A stretch of 64,000 bases of DNA from an uncultured Ectothiorhodospiraceae bacterium (GTDB lineage Bacteria > Pseudomonadota > Gammaproteobacteria > J044). Under the pieces are notes generated by a model. It made no database searches and was not told the origin of the DNA. It saw nothing but the letters and a program-made list of their open reading frames with translations. Of the stretch, positions 44,817-55,696 are shown piece after piece; the first letter of the stretch is position 1; each line of letters starts with the position of its first letter. The stretch is from the NCBI GenBank assembly GCA_964641615.1, contig CAZXNH010000008.1, forward strand, positions 37,717 to 101,716, written 5' to 3'. A program made the translations under genes and the position numbers.

Positions 44817-45171
44817 GGCTGAGGAAAGGCCAGACTGATACGTAAAGGATGAAAAGTATGAAAAGTATGTAAAAGACGAACTGTATAGGCTGCTCGATCA
44901 TCCTGTCGATGATGTTCTGTGTCTGTCCAGCCTCTTTCTGTTCGGCATACTTTTCCCGCATTTCTATGCCCCGCCGGTCCTGGTATTCATTGATGAGTTG
45001 CTTTGCTAAGGCCAGGTCATCCGGATCGTTTAACCAGATGATCGCCGCCGAGATCCCCCAATTACCCGGTGGAGTCTCATAGTAATCAAAACCACGCTCA
45101 TCCAGCAGTTTTCGGATATCGTCGGCCTCATCCTCGGGCACGTTTCTGAGACTGAATAACTTTACAGGCAT
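44806..45171 (-). CDS. Hypothetical protein with a C-terminal transmembrane helix
   Basis: 121 aa. Acidic soluble N-domain and hydrophobic tail FVFYILFILFILYVSVWPFL. Overlaps the start of the downstream oxidoreductase by 11 nt. Confidence 0.5.
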   Translation of the reverse strand: MPVKLFSLRNVPEDEADDIRKLLDERGFDYYETPPGNWGISAAIIWLNDPDDLALAKQLINEYQDRRGIEMREKYAEQKEAGQTQNIIDRMIEQPIQFVFYILFILFILYVSVWPFLSLGQ

Positions 45172-45363
45172 TATTGATTCCAGATGATTACTGTCTGCAT
45201 ACAGGGGCTACACTTTTTGCAAATTATAAACAGAATTTCATAGCAGAAGCTGATATTAATCAGCTACCTATTGCTTTCACCGTTCTATGCCTTTGTTTAT
45301 CTGTGCTTTAATTAAACCAATAAATAAAAATGAAGTCGTTGGTTTAATGGCACAGGTGACGAA

Positions 45364-46848
45364 ATGTTTGAAGCAGTAGAGCTAGGACAAAAACTGGATA
45401 AGCAAAGCTTTAAGAAGCAGGAGAGGGTTCTTCGCACGCAGCTGAATGAGTTACAGCGCAAGCTTGTTGATGCCAGTGTTTCAACCCTGATTATTGTTGC
45501 AGGCGTTGAAGGTGCAGGTAAGGGTGATGTAGTCAATCGCCTGAATAAATGGCTGGATACCCGTGGTATTCAGACACATGCATTCTGGGATGAAACCGAT
45601 GAAGAGCTGGAACGTCCTGACTACTGGCGCTACTGGAAACGTATGCCAGCCAGAGGTTCTATTTCTGTCATGTTCTGTGGCTGGTATGGCGATCCGGTTG
45701 TTCAGCATATGCGCGGTGAGATATCTGATTCTGAACTGGATGAGGCGACAGGCCGGATCAATCAGACTGAACGTATGCTTTGTCAGGATGGCATGCTAAT
45801 CATCAAACTCTGGTTACATCTCTCGCACAAGAAGCATGTGAAGCGAGCAAAGAAGAAGCTCAATAGTAAAACCCAGGTACCCGCCCTGGAGGGTAACCTG
45901 CTTGATAAGGAACAATATCAGTCGTTGCTGACAACCGCAGAGCGGACTTTAAGAAATACGGATACCGGTGCCAGTCCCTGGTGTCTGGTTGAGGGTGATG
46001 ATACCCGCTTCAGGGATATGAGTGTCGGTCTTGCCCTGCAGGAGGCTATGGAGCGTCGACTTAAGCAACAGGTAATGGCTGATACGCATATTGAATTACC
46101 AGAGCCTGTAGCGGCGAAAGGAGAACATGCCCTTACCATACTGGATAAGGTCGATCTTGATGCGAGCCTGAGTGAGGATGAGTACCGGGAAAAGCTAAAG
46201 TTCTATCAGGCCCGTATCCATGAGCTAAGCTGGAAGGCCTTTCTCGCACATCGATCTACCGTACTGGTTTTCGAGGGTTGGGACGCTTCCGGGAAGGGTG
46301 GTGTGATTCGCAGGCTGATTTCTCCTGTTGATGCCCGTCTGTATCGTGTTATTTCTGTGGCCGCCCCGACCGATGAGGAACTGGCCCATCATTACCTGTG
46401 GCGATTCTGGCGACAGGTGCCACGGTCCGGTTATATGACCCTCTATGACCGGTCATGGTATGGAAGGGTGCTTGTAGAACGTGTTGAGGGCTTTGCCAGT
46501 CCTGATGAATGGCGTTCTGCTTATTTGCAGATTAATCACTTTGAAGAGCAGCTAACCGATCATGGCATCATCCTGCAAAAGTTCTGGCTACATATCAGCC
46601 CCGAGGAACAGCTGGAGCGTTTCCGTGACAGGGAAAAGACCCCCTGGAAGATGCATAAGATCACCGATGAAGACTGGCGAAACAGGGAAAGCTGGGACGA
46701 CTATAAGGCAGCGGTGAATGACATGATCGCGCATACCAGCACCAGCAATGCCCCCTGGCATCTCATACCCTCAAACAGCAAGCCTTATGCGCGTATCAAG
46801 GTTCTGAAAACTGTATGCAAGGCCATGGAGAAGGCCCTGGAACACTAG
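45364..46848 (+). CDS. Two-domain polyphosphate kinase 2 (polyphosphate:AMP phosphotransferase type)
   Basis: 494 aa with two tandem PPK2 P-loop kinase domains. The C-terminal one has the lid-loop and Walker context GWDASGKGG. Confidence 0.85.
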   Translation: MFEAVELGQKLDKQSFKKQERVLRTQLNELQRKLVDASVSTLIIVAGVEGAGKGDVVNRLNKWLDTRGIQTHAFWDETDEELERPDYWRYWKRMPARGSISVMFCGWYGDPVVQHMRGEISDSELDEATGRINQTERMLCQDGMLIIKLWLHLSHKKHVKRAKKKLNSKTQVPALEGNLLDKEQYQSLLTTAERTLRNTDTGASPWCLVEGDDTRFRDMSVGLALQEAMERRLKQQVMADTHIELPEPVAAKGEHALTILDKVDLDASLSEDEYREKLKFYQARIHELSWKAFLAHRSTVLVFEGWDASGKGGVIRRLISPVDARLYRVISVAAPTDEELAHHYLWRFWRQVPRSGYMTLYDRSWYGRVLVERVEGFASPDEWRSAYLQINHFEEQLTDHGIILQKFWLHISPEEQLERFRDREKTPWKMHKITDEDWRNRESWDDYKAAVNDMIAHTSTSNAPWHLIPSNSKPYARIKVLKTVCKAMEKALEH

Positions 46849-48704
46849 GCGGGATTGCTATCCCTGAAGAACTGGACAAAGTCCTGTTCGGGCAGGGGTT
46901 TAGAAAACAGGTAACCCTGGTAACAGTCGCAGTTGTGCTCCTGGAGAAATTCATACTGTTCCTGCGTTTCTACACCTTCTGCGACAACCCTGAGTCCGAA
47001 GGTCTTGGCCATTCTCAGAATGGTGATAACCATGGCCTGGTCACCTTCATACTGATCCACGGCACTGACGAAGGAACGGTCGATCTTGATTTCATTAATC
47101 GGTAATTGCTTAAGGTAACTCAGGGAGCTATATCCTGTGCCGAAGTCATCCATAGCAAAGCGGATGCCCATTGCCTTGACTTCTTTCATGACCTCTATGG
47201 CCCTGGCGATGTCTTCAGCAACAATCGTCTCGGTGATCTCAAAAGTAATATGACTGCGCTGTTCTTCTGGAATATACAGGGCAGCGAGTCGCATTATCTC
47301 GGGAATGAAATCCTGATGCAGGAACTGACGCATACTGATATTAATGGCGAGTTTGCTGAGCTTTATTCCCTGTTGATACCACTGGCTGTAGGTCCTGAAG
47401 GCTGTTTCAACAATATAGTTGCCAAGCTCAATAATCAGCCCAGTTTGTTCGGCAATAGGTATGAACTGGTCGGGCGGAATGTTGCCCAGCTTTTTAGTAT
47501 TCCAGCGTACCAGTGCCTCTGCACCTTTTACCTGATTTTGTCGATTTATCGTGGGCTGATAGTGCAGGCAGATCTCGTTTTTCTCTATGGCAAAGTGCAG
47601 CATGCGTTCAATTTCAAGATGCCTTTCCACGCGCCGCGACATTTCATCGTCGAACAGGAAGACATCATCTCTGCCCTTGTCCTTAACCTCGTACATCGCA
47701 ATATCCGCTTCCTTAATGAAACGGTTTGCATTCTGACTGCCTGCATCAATAAGGCTCACCCCGATACTACAGCTGATATAGAGCTGATGCCGATCAATAC
47801 TATAGGTGTTCTTTAGTGATGCCATGATCTGCCGCGAAAGTTGCAGCGCCTCCTGCTTACAGGCCTCGATATTATCGAACTCGGGTCCGAAAATAATAAA
47901 TTCATCACCACCCAGGCGGGCAACGGTACCTTGCTGAGGTGTATGACTCTTAAGACGGGATGAAATCTCCTGCAGGAGCTGGTCACCAATATCATGTCCA
48001 AGCGAGTCGTTGATGGTTTTGAAGTGATCAAGGTCTATAAGCAGGAGATATGAGCTATTGCGGGTGTTATCCAACGACTTCATGAGTTGTTGCAGTTCAC
48101 TAATAAAATAGCGGCGGTTATACAGTCCGGTCAGGTGATCATGGGTCGCCTGGTACTTCGTCTGCAGGAGAAGTTTGTTGGTGTCGTTGGCCGCGTAGAA
48201 AAGTACAAAGGTAAAGACCAGGGAGAATATGGTCAGTACATAGCCGTAGAACTCATGAATATTAAAGAAGTAGATGGTCAACGGCAGCATCAGGACCAGC
48301 AGTATGGGCTGATAAAGTTTTTTATCGGAACCGAGAAGGGCAGAGGCAACAACCGAGGCGCCAATCTGGGTGAATATGGCGATGTAATGCAGGTTGTGTT
48401 CTCTTTCACCAGAGTAAAATATAAAAATCAGGGTCCACAGCGAGAAAATGAAATAATTCCAGTATCGGACCTTCGTATACCACTGGTCGCGCTGCCTGTT
48501 GCCCATTTCGTCCAGGGAGAAATGCTTATAGAGATGGTAGCCCCAGGCAGAGGCGAGTACGATGAGTGTATACCAGATGATGGCGCGGCCAGGAATACCA
48601 TGTAGCCAGCCAAGAAAGATATAACCCAGCCCTGGAAACAGGGATAACACCAGCATGACGGGAATCTGCTTGTGCAGAAAGTCGTAAAACTTTATATCTT
48701 TCAC
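46845..48704 (-). CDS. Membrane-anchored diguanylate cyclase/phosphodiesterase (integral membrane sensor-GGDEF-EAL)
   Basis: 619 aa. About 190 aa with 6-7 TM helices, then GGDEF (RLGGDEFIIFG), then EAL (EALVRW, DDFGTGYSSL, KIDRSF, AEGVET). Confidence 0.85.
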   Translation of the reverse strand: MKDIKFYDFLHKQIPVMLVLSLFPGLGYIFLGWLHGIPGRAIIWYTLIVLASAWGYHLYKHFSLDEMGNRQRDQWYTKVRYWNYFIFSLWTLIFIFYSGEREHNLHYIAIFTQIGASVVASALLGSDKKLYQPILLVLMLPLTIYFFNIHEFYGYVLTIFSLVFTFVLFYAANDTNKLLLQTKYQATHDHLTGLYNRRYFISELQQLMKSLDNTRNSSYLLLIDLDHFKTINDSLGHDIGDQLLQEISSRLKSHTPQQGTVARLGGDEFIIFGPEFDNIEACKQEALQLSRQIMASLKNTYSIDRHQLYISCSIGVSLIDAGSQNANRFIKEADIAMYEVKDKGRDDVFLFDDEMSRRVERHLEIERMLHFAIEKNEICLHYQPTINRQNQVKGAEALVRWNTKKLGNIPPDQFIPIAEQTGLIIELGNYIVETAFRTYSQWYQQGIKLSKLAINISMRQFLHQDFIPEIMRLAALYIPEEQRSHITFEITETIVAEDIARAIEVMKEVKAMGIRFAMDDFGTGYSSLSYLKQLPINEIKIDRSFVSAVDQYEGDQAMVITILRMAKTFGLRVVAEGVETQEQYEFLQEHNCDCYQGYLFSKPLPEQDFVQFFRDSNPA

Positions 48705-48851
48705 AGCTTTTTCTTATATAGCAGCAGCTTATAGATTTGGTAAAAGTATTATTGCTGTTTTGTCAGGGTATTGCCATAGCATCGAAAATTGCTTAAAAAA
48801 ACATAAACTACATGGAAATAACCATAATCAAGAAACAGATTAGATGCCTAC

Positions 48852-49730
48852 ATGGAAAAAGATGTTCTGGAACAACGCGCCCGTGCCTTTGATTATCTGT
48901 TCGATGCTGTCGTGGTTACAGATCTTGAAGGTTTAATCATCGACTGGAATCACGGCTCTGAAGCGCTATACGGTTATACGCGTGATGAGGCGATTGGGCA
49001 GCCCGTTAGCATGCTTCATGTGCCGGAAGATATCGATCGTATTACCTCCGAAGTTCTGGATGCCGTAGGGCGTGAAGGCAAATGGACAGGTGAAGTGCGG
49101 ATGCAGCATAAGGATGGCAGTCATGGCTGGATCGAGTCGGTCTGTATCCCCTTGCTCGATGATGACGGACAGATGATAGGTGCCCTGGGTATTAACCGCG
49201 ATATCAGTGAACGCAGAAGGCACCAGGAACGACTTCAGGAGCTGGCCCATTATGACCAGCTGACTGGCCTGCCTAACCGACACCTCCTTATCGAACGCGT
49301 TGAGCAGGCGATCGCTGGGGCCAGAAGACACCAGTCTGTCTTCGGCCTGTTATTTATCGATCTGGATAATTTTAAGGAGATTAATGACCGAGCGGGTCAT
49401 TCTGGCGGGGATGCCGCGCTCTGTCAGGTGGCCGAGTGCCTTAAGGGCTCCTTAAGAGAGACCGACACGGTTGCACGCATCGGCGGCGATGAGTTTGTTG
49501 TGCTGCTGCATGATATCGGTAATGCCGATAAGGCAGAGCATATGGCCGGTTACCTTGTTACTCAGCTCAGGGATGTCTGTGAAATGAATGCACTGGCACA
49601 TGAACTCACCGCCAGTATCGGTATCGCGACTTATCCCAGGAATGGTGAGACCATGGATGAACTGCTCAGGGCCTCAGACCAGGCCATGTACCGCGCCAAG
49701 CAGAACGGCAAGAATACTTACGAATTCTGA
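48852..49730 (+). CDS. PAS-GGDEF diguanylate cyclase
   Basis: 292 aa with an N-terminal PAS domain and GGDEF (RIGGDEFVVLL). Confidence 0.85.
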   Translation: MEKDVLEQRARAFDYLFDAVVVTDLEGLIIDWNHGSEALYGYTRDEAIGQPVSMLHVPEDIDRITSEVLDAVGREGKWTGEVRMQHKDGSHGWIESVCIPLLDDDGQMIGALGINRDISERRRHQERLQELAHYDQLTGLPNRHLLIERVEQAIAGARRHQSVFGLLFIDLDNFKEINDRAGHSGGDAALCQVAECLKGSLRETDTVARIGGDEFVVLLHDIGNADKAEHMAGYLVTQLRDVCEMNALAHELTASIGIATYPRNGETMDELLRASDQAMYRAKQNGKNTYEF

Positions 49731-49734
49731 ATGT

Positions 49735-50148
49735 TCAGGCCTGGGCGCCGAAACGATCTTCCAGGTAGGCAATAATGTCCCTGGATTCATACATCCAGCG
49801 CGTTTCGCCAGCCTCTTCAATCCGCAGGCAGGGAACCTTGATCTCCCCACCACCATCTTTAAGTGCCTGACGATCAACAGGGTCATTTTGCGCATCGCGT
49901 GTCTCGATCGGCAAGTTGAGGCGATGGATTGCACGGCGGGTGCGTACACAGAAAGGACAGGCATAGAACTGGTACAGCGTCAGGCTGCTGGCTTCTTCAT
50001 TCACCCTTGCCTGCTCTTCTTCACTGCGCTGCATGGGGCGTGGGCGTGTCACGAAATTGATAAAAACAATCAGTCGGCCTAGGCCTTCACGAAGGGCTTT
50101 CAGAAGCATTGAGCGTGTCCATGTTATTAAGTGTTTCAGGCCGGGCAT
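49735..50148 (-). CDS. Glutaredoxin-family protein (CPFC)
   Basis: 137 aa with YQFYACPFCVRTRRAI, a glutaredoxin-like CxxC. The N-terminal extension may be over-called. Confidence 0.6.
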   Translation of the reverse strand: MPGLKHLITWTRSMLLKALREGLGRLIVFINFVTRPRPMQRSEEEQARVNEEASSLTLYQFYACPFCVRTRRAIHRLNLPIETRDAQNDPVDRQALKDGGGEIKVPCLRIEEAGETRWMYESRDIIAYLEDRFGAQA

Positions 50149-50300
50149 TCTAGGTCAGTACGTGCAAAATTAACACCTGAGTGAACTGGGGATAAGCCAT
50201 GCCTGTTCTATTCAGCATCCGGGTTTAATCCTGTCGTTATGGTCTGTATGCAGGTCTGGGGTAGAATCCACTCTTTTGCGCGGCGGCTGAGGGGCGGGGC

Positions 50301-51053
50301 TTGAGAGGCGGTTTTCTACGAACAGGACTGATCACTACATGCCTGTTACTGGTATCGATGTCGGCATTTGCCGGGCAGGTTCGCGTGGCCGTAGCCAGTA
50401 ACTTTGCAGAGACGATCAGGGCTATAGTCGAGCGATACGAGGAACAGACCGGGCACTCGGTCCTGATCAGTACGGGCTCAACCGGCAAGCATTACGCACA
50501 GATCCGTCATGGTGCGCCTTTCGATGTTTTTCTCGCTGCAGATGCCCGAAGACCTGCCTTGCTGGAAAAAGAAGGGATTGCTCAGCCTGGCAGTCGATAT
50601 ACCTACGCGATCGGTAAGCTGGTTCTGTGGAGCCCGAAGGCTGATATGGTTGATAAGCATGGATGGGTGCTGGAGCAGGGTGGATTTCGTTACCTTGCTA
50701 TCGCCAATCCGAAACTGGCCCCCTATGGCAGGGCTGCGCAACAGCTGCTGGAAAGCCGGGGTTTATGGGCAGACATGCAGGGCAGACTTGTGAGGGGTGA
50801 GAACATTGGCCAGACCTATCAGTATGTTGCCAGTGGCAATGCCGAGCTTGGCCTGGTGGCGTATGCGCAGATCAGGCAACCTGATGTGGCAGTAACAGGA
50901 TCTTTCTGGCTTGTACCGCAAGATCTGTATGATCCGATTGAACAGCAGGTGGTACTGCTGAAAGACAAAGACATAGCCCGTGACTTTCTTGACTTTATAC
51001 GCTCCGATGAAGGCCGGACAATCATCAGCAGCTATGGTTACGGTGTGCCCTGA
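50301..51053 (+). CDS. modA: Molybdate ABC transporter substrate-binding protein
   Basis: 250 aa with a TTG start and signal peptide. Upstream of modB and modC. Confidence 0.9.
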   Translation: MRGGFLRTGLITTCLLLVSMSAFAGQVRVAVASNFAETIRAIVERYEEQTGHSVLISTGSTGKHYAQIRHGAPFDVFLAADARRPALLEKEGIAQPGSRYTYAIGKLVLWSPKADMVDKHGWVLEQGGFRYLAIANPKLAPYGRAAQQLLESRGLWADMQGRLVRGENIGQTYQYVASGNAELGLVAYAQIRQPDVAVTGSFWLVPQDLYDPIEQQVVLLKDKDIARDFLDFIRSDEGRTIISSYGYGVP

Positions 51054-51733
51054 TGTTTAATGAAGCGGATATGGCGGCCTTGTTTGTCACGCTGCGGCTG
51101 GCATTCATCACCACGATAATTCTTCTGCTGATTGGTACGCCGCTGGCATGGTGGCTATCTCGCTCGCGCTGGCGCTTTAAGTATCTGCTTGAGGCCGTTA
51201 TTGCCCTGCCACTGGTTCTGCCGCCCACTGTCCTGGGTTTTTATCTTTTAATCGCCCTTGGGCCGAATGGACCATTAGGCAGCCTCGCGATGCAGTTAGG
51301 CGGACAGCCCCTGGCCTTTACCTTCACCGGTCTGGTGATTGGTTCGGTTGTCTATTCCATGCCCTTCGTAGTCCAGCCCCTGCAGAATGCCTTTAATGCC
51401 ATCGGTGATCGGCCAATGGAGGTGGCGGCGACATTAGGCGCATCCCCACTGGATCGTTTTTTCACCATCGCCGTGCCCCTGGCGCGCCCGGGGTTTCTGA
51501 CGGCCTCGGTCTTGGGCTTTGCTCATACCGTGGGTGAGTTCGGTGTTGTGCTGATGATAGGTGGGAATATTCCGGGAGAGACCCAGGTCCTTTCGATCGC
51601 GATCTATGATCATGTTGAGGCACTGGAATATGGTCATGCCCACTGGCTTTCAGGCACCCTGTTGCTCCTGTCATTCCTGATGCTGCTATCCGTCTATACC
51701 ATTAACCGTCGGTTCTCGGTGATGCAGTCATGA
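51053..51733 (+). CDS. modB: Molybdate ABC transporter permease
   Basis: 226 aa with a MetI-like permease fold. Confidence 0.9.
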   Translation: MFNEADMAALFVTLRLAFITTIILLLIGTPLAWWLSRSRWRFKYLLEAVIALPLVLPPTVLGFYLLIALGPNGPLGSLAMQLGGQPLAFTFTGLVIGSVVYSMPFVVQPLQNAFNAIGDRPMEVAATLGASPLDRFFTIAVPLARPGFLTASVLGFAHTVGEFGVVLMIGGNIPGETQVLSIAIYDHVEALEYGHAHWLSGTLLLLSFLMLLSVYTINRRFSVMQS

Positions 51734-52797
51734 GCATCGAGGCGCGCTTCCATGTAGACCGGGGAGACTTCACCCTGGATGTTGATCTGAAGGTGCCCGC
51801 CCGTGGTGTTACGGCCATTTTCGGCCCCTCTGGCTGTGGCAAGACGACCCTGTTACGCGCCGTTGCAGGTCTGGAACACTGTCAAGAGGGGTTCCTGAGG
51901 TTAGAGAGTGATATCTGGCAGGGTGAGCAATGGTTTTTACCTGTACACAAACGCCCACTGGCCTATGTCTTCCAGGAGGCCAGTCTGTTCGCGCATCTCG
52001 ATGTGCGCCGAAATCTGGAATATGGATTAAAGCGTGTACAGCAGGCAAAACGGAAGGTATCCCTGGACAGGGCGATTGAATTGCTGGGGATAGGGCAGCT
52101 TCTGGAGCGTAAACCTGACCAGCTCTCAGGAGGGGAACGACAACGTGTGGCGATTGCCCGCGCGCTGGCAGTCAGTCCACGCCTGTTGCTCATGGATGAG
52201 CCGCTGGCTGCCCTGGATCAGTCCCGTAAGCAGGAAGTGTTGCCTTACCTGGAGTCCCTGCACCAGGAGCTGGAAATTCCGGTGCTGTATGTCAGTCATT
52301 CAACGGATGAGGTGGCGCGGCTTGCTGATCACCTGGTATTGCTCGAAGACGGTCGTGTTAAGGCCTCTGGTGCTATCAATGAAATGCTTATGCGCCTGGA
52401 TCTGCCCATGGCTCATGGCGACGATGCAGAGTCTCTGATTGAGGCCGAAGTTGTCGAGCATGATGAGTCTTATGGTTTGAGTTATCTGCATTTCTCTGGA
52501 GGACGCTTTTGTGTACCCCAGAAGGACCTTATTGTTGGCCAGAAAGTGCGGCTCAGGATTGCGGCTCGTGATATTAGCCTGACACTGCGGCAGCAGGAAG
52601 ATACCAGTATTCTGAACATCTTCCCGGCCGTTATAGACGAGGTGTCAGCAGAAGGCACTGCGCAGGTTATGGTGCGGCTCAGGGTAGGCGAGACGGCCCT
52701 GCTGTCCCGAATTACACGCAAGTCGGCATCATTGCTTGATCTTCAGCCAGGAAAGCCTGTGTACGTACAGATCAAGAGTGTCGCGTTACTGGCCTGA
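51730..52797 (+). CDS. modC: Molybdate ABC transporter ATP-binding protein
   Basis: 355 aa. Walker [10 protein letters not shown], the [15 protein letters not shown] signature, and a C-terminal TOBE/Mop domain. Confidence 0.9.
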   Translation: MSIEARFHVDRGDFTLDVDLKVPARGVTAIFGPSGCGKTTLLRAVAGLEHCQEGFLRLESDIWQGEQWFLPVHKRPLAYVFQEASLFAHLDVRRNLEYGLKRVQQAKRKVSLDRAIELLGIGQLLERKPDQLSGGERQRVAIARALAVSPRLLLMDEPLAALDQSRKQEVLPYLESLHQELEIPVLYVSHSTDEVARLADHLVLLEDGRVKASGAINEMLMRLDLPMAHGDDAESLIEAEVVEHDESYGLSYLHFSGGRFCVPQKDLIVGQKVRLRIAARDISLTLRQQEDTSILNIFPAVIDEVSAEGTAQVMVRLRVGETALLSRITRKSASLLDLQPGKPVYVQIKSVALLA

Positions 52798-52804
52798 TGC
52801 GGTC

Positions 52805-55504
52805 TCAGTTACTGAGCTGTGGTATGAGTTTTTCTGCAGGCTGGGGTTTTCCATAGTAATAACCCTGCACCATATCGCAACCGAGCCTGCGCAATATCCT
52901 GACCTGGTGCTCGGTTTCTACACCCTCGGCAATAACGCGCAGATTCAGGTTCTTGGCCATGCCAATAATAGTGGCAACCAGCTGGGCATCACCTGGGTCA
53001 GTTTCCATGTCGCGTACAAATGAGCGATCAATTTTCAGTATATTGACCGGGAAGGTTCTCAGGTAACTCAGTGAAGAGTAACCGGTTCCAAAGTCATCGA
53101 CGGACAGATGGATGGCAAGATCACGAAACTCCTGCAGGGTCTGGGTAACTTCCGATTCCTCTTCCATCAGCAGAGATTCAGTAATCTCGAAGTTGAGACG
53201 CTCTGGAGGGAATCCGGACTGGTCAATGATCCCTTCAACAACCTCACGATTAAAACTACCGCGCAACTGATTTGTGGAGACATTAATGGCGAGGTGCAGG
53301 TCATTAATATTCCATCGCGCAACCTCAGAACAGGCATTGCGCAGTACCCATTCCCCGAGTTCGAGGATCAGGTGACTCTCTTCTGCTACGGGAATAAACT
53401 CATCTGGGAATACCAGTCCTCGCTCCGGATGATTCCAGCGCACCAGGGCCTCTACCCCGACGATGCGTTCCTCTTTCAGGTCGATAACTGGCTGGTAATG
53501 CAGCACAAACTCATTCTGGTGAATGGCGCGTCTTAACTCTTTCTCCATTGCTACGTAATGCTGGGCCTTGTCCGTGAGTTCGCGGGTGAAGTAATGGAAG
53601 GTATTACGTCCCTGTTCCTTGGCCTTGTACATGGCCAGGTCGGCATGCTTGAGCAGGGTATGTGCATCATCGCCATCATCAGGTGCCAGGGTGATACCGA
53701 TGCTGGTGCCTGTGTAGATTTCATGTCCCTGGATGTGAAACGGGCGCTCCAGTTCAGCAATAATATTTTCTGCAATAATGATAGGACGTATATCGTCGTT
53801 AAGGTCCTGTAGCAAAATCGTGAACTCATCCCCACCCAGGCGGGCAACGGTATCGGTAACACGCAGGTTTTTCTTCAGACGTTGCGCGACTTTAGTCAGA
53901 AGTTCGTCACCAATATCATGGCCCAGTGCATCGTTTACATTTTTAAAACGGTCCAGGTCCAGGTACAGCAGGCCAACCATGTTTTCACGACGATCATTGA
54001 GTGCAAGCGCGTTCTCGAGCTGTTGCATGAAGTTATAACGGTTAGGTAGATTGGTTAGTTCATCATAATTAGCTCGGTAACGAATGAGTTCTTCCGATTC
54101 GCGTAATGCCTCTTCAGCCTGTTTGCGCTCGGTGATATCGCGACAGATGCAAAGTACTTTATCCCGGGTCTGGGCATTGTCACCAATCAGTGGTGCAAGC
54201 CGAACATCGATATCAAACTCTCTGCCTTCACAGGTCCTGGCGATCCACTCAAACTCCAGGTTTTGACCACCGATCGCCTGGGTGATCTTTTCCATCGCCT
54301 GTTCGAAGGTGTACTCCTGTCCCATGATTTGCGTTAGTGGCAGCTTCAATAAAGCCCCTAGTTCATAGCCCAGCATTTTGCAGGCCCTCTCATTGGCATA
54401 GACAAGATTACCCTTGTCATCAAGCATGATGAGCATGTCGGGCGTTGAGTCATAAATTACCTGTAAATGGGCAACCAGTTCCTTAAGTTCTTCGTCAGCT
54501 TTTACCTGGCTGCTAATGTCTTCCAGCATGCCAACCACGTATTCCAGCTCTCCGTTATCATTGAAGATCCCGCGAACATGGGTGCGCGCCCAGATGGTTT
54601 GACCATCTTTTCTTATGTAGCGTTTTTCCATTCGGTATGAACGTATCTTCCCCTGCAATAACTCCTTGAACTTTATTTTGCTGTCGGCAATGTCATCGGG
54701 GTGCGTGAAGTCGGAAAAACGCATGTCCAGGAGTTCATCTCTGCTATAGCCCAGCATGTCGCAAAATAGCTGGTTACTGTTTTGCATTTGCCCATCCAGA
54801 GAAACGGCGCCGATACCCATAGGTGCATTTTCGAATATGTTTTTGAATAGCTCTTCGCTTTGTTCCAGCTTTTCTTCGGCCAGTTCGCGCTCATAGTGTT
54901 CGGTGAGATGATCCTTTAGTACGCGGTGATAACGGATCGTTATGGGAATCAGCATGGCATCAAACAGGGCAACCATGATGGTCATTTCGGTTGCCAGATC
55001 GTGACCAGACATCCATATACGTACTGCCAGTGGCAGCGTGGCCATAGATACAAAGATGAAAACCAGGCCGATCTGGGCAGATAGTGTGGTGACTGCCCCT
55101 GCGCACATGCCTGCAACGATAAGGGTCAGGAAGGCCTGATGAGGAATGCTCTGTTCTGCAAAAACAAAGATACTGGCAGAGCCCCAGGATATGCCTGAGA
55201 GCGCAGCGCCAACTATGGCGATCGTGTGCCAGTACGCAATAGAAAAATCAGTACGGTGTTGTGCGCTGAGGTAATAACGCAATGCAATCCAGCGCAAACT
55301 GGTTATCAGAATAATGATACCAAGCCAGGTCAGCAGACTGGTAACAGGCGTGACGTCCTGGTGTGTTATCACCAGGATCAGGCTGGTAATAACAACGGCC
55401 AGTAGAGAGACTGGCAATGCCTTATAGGTATTGTCCAGAAGATCTGCCGCAACCCGTGTACGCGGATCCAGATGTTGTCGAGGAGTGTTCGTAGGCCTGT
55501 CCAT
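52805..55504 (-). CDS. Membrane sensor-PAS-PAS-GGDEF-EAL protein
   Basis: 899 aa. N-terminal MASE1-like multi-TM domain, two PAS domains, GGDEF (RLGGDEFTILL), and EAL (EALVRW, DDFGTGYSSL, KIDRSF, AEGVET). Confidence 0.85.
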   Translation of the reverse strand: MDRPTNTPRQHLDPRTRVAADLLDNTYKALPVSLLAVVITSLILVITHQDVTPVTSLLTWLGIIILITSLRWIALRYYLSAQHRTDFSIAYWHTIAIVGAALSGISWGSASIFVFAEQSIPHQAFLTLIVAGMCAGAVTTLSAQIGLVFIFVSMATLPLAVRIWMSGHDLATEMTIMVALFDAMLIPITIRYHRVLKDHLTEHYERELAEEKLEQSEELFKNIFENAPMGIGAVSLDGQMQNSNQLFCDMLGYSRDELLDMRFSDFTHPDDIADSKIKFKELLQGKIRSYRMEKRYIRKDGQTIWARTHVRGIFNDNGELEYVVGMLEDISSQVKADEELKELVAHLQVIYDSTPDMLIMLDDKGNLVYANERACKMLGYELGALLKLPLTQIMGQEYTFEQAMEKITQAIGGQNLEFEWIARTCEGREFDIDVRLAPLIGDNAQTRDKVLCICRDITERKQAEEALRESEELIRYRANYDELTNLPNRYNFMQQLENALALNDRRENMVGLLYLDLDRFKNVNDALGHDIGDELLTKVAQRLKKNLRVTDTVARLGGDEFTILLQDLNDDIRPIIIAENIIAELERPFHIQGHEIYTGTSIGITLAPDDGDDAHTLLKHADLAMYKAKEQGRNTFHYFTRELTDKAQHYVAMEKELRRAIHQNEFVLHYQPVIDLKEERIVGVEALVRWNHPERGLVFPDEFIPVAEESHLILELGEWVLRNACSEVARWNINDLHLAINVSTNQLRGSFNREVVEGIIDQSGFPPERLNFEITESLLMEEESEVTQTLQEFRDLAIHLSVDDFGTGYSSLSYLRTFPVNILKIDRSFVRDMETDPGDAQLVATIIGMAKNLNLRVIAEGVETEHQVRILRRLGCDMVQGYYYGKPQPAEKLIPQLSN

Positions 55505-55630
55505 TTTGTAGTAGTTATATTTCCTTATTCAATACAGGCTATCTTAGTACCTCACTATTGGACGAAAGTCATCTTTTTTGTATCTGGTTGTTGTATAGAT
55601 TTAAAAACTGATCCTGATCATAAAAACGGA

Positions 55631-55660
55631 CGCAAAAAAACGGCGCTGATTTCAGCGCCG
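55631..55660 (-). terminator. Rho-independent terminator downstream of nrdB
   Basis: On the minus strand, GGCGCTGAAATCAGCGCC is followed by TTTTTTTGCG. It lies between the nrdB stop (55697) and the convergent GGDEF-EAL gene. Confidence 0.8.
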
Positions 55661-55696
55661 TAGTTATTTTCTTATTGTTATCAGTCGTGTGGAGTC

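Noticed and set aside
45172-45363. Inverted repeat ATTAAACCAA...TTGGTTTAAT in the divergent region between the 121-aa membrane protein and PPK2
   Set aside because: AT-rich divergent promoter region. The repeat is short and could be chance. No associated ORF or known operator consensus.
50149-50300. Looked for a ModE operator (CGnTATATA-N6-7-TAYATnnCG) or Moco riboswitch upstream of modA
   Set aside because: No convincing ModE palindrome or conserved riboswitch-like structure by eye. A proper covariance-model scan (Rfam Moco_RNA_motif) would be needed.
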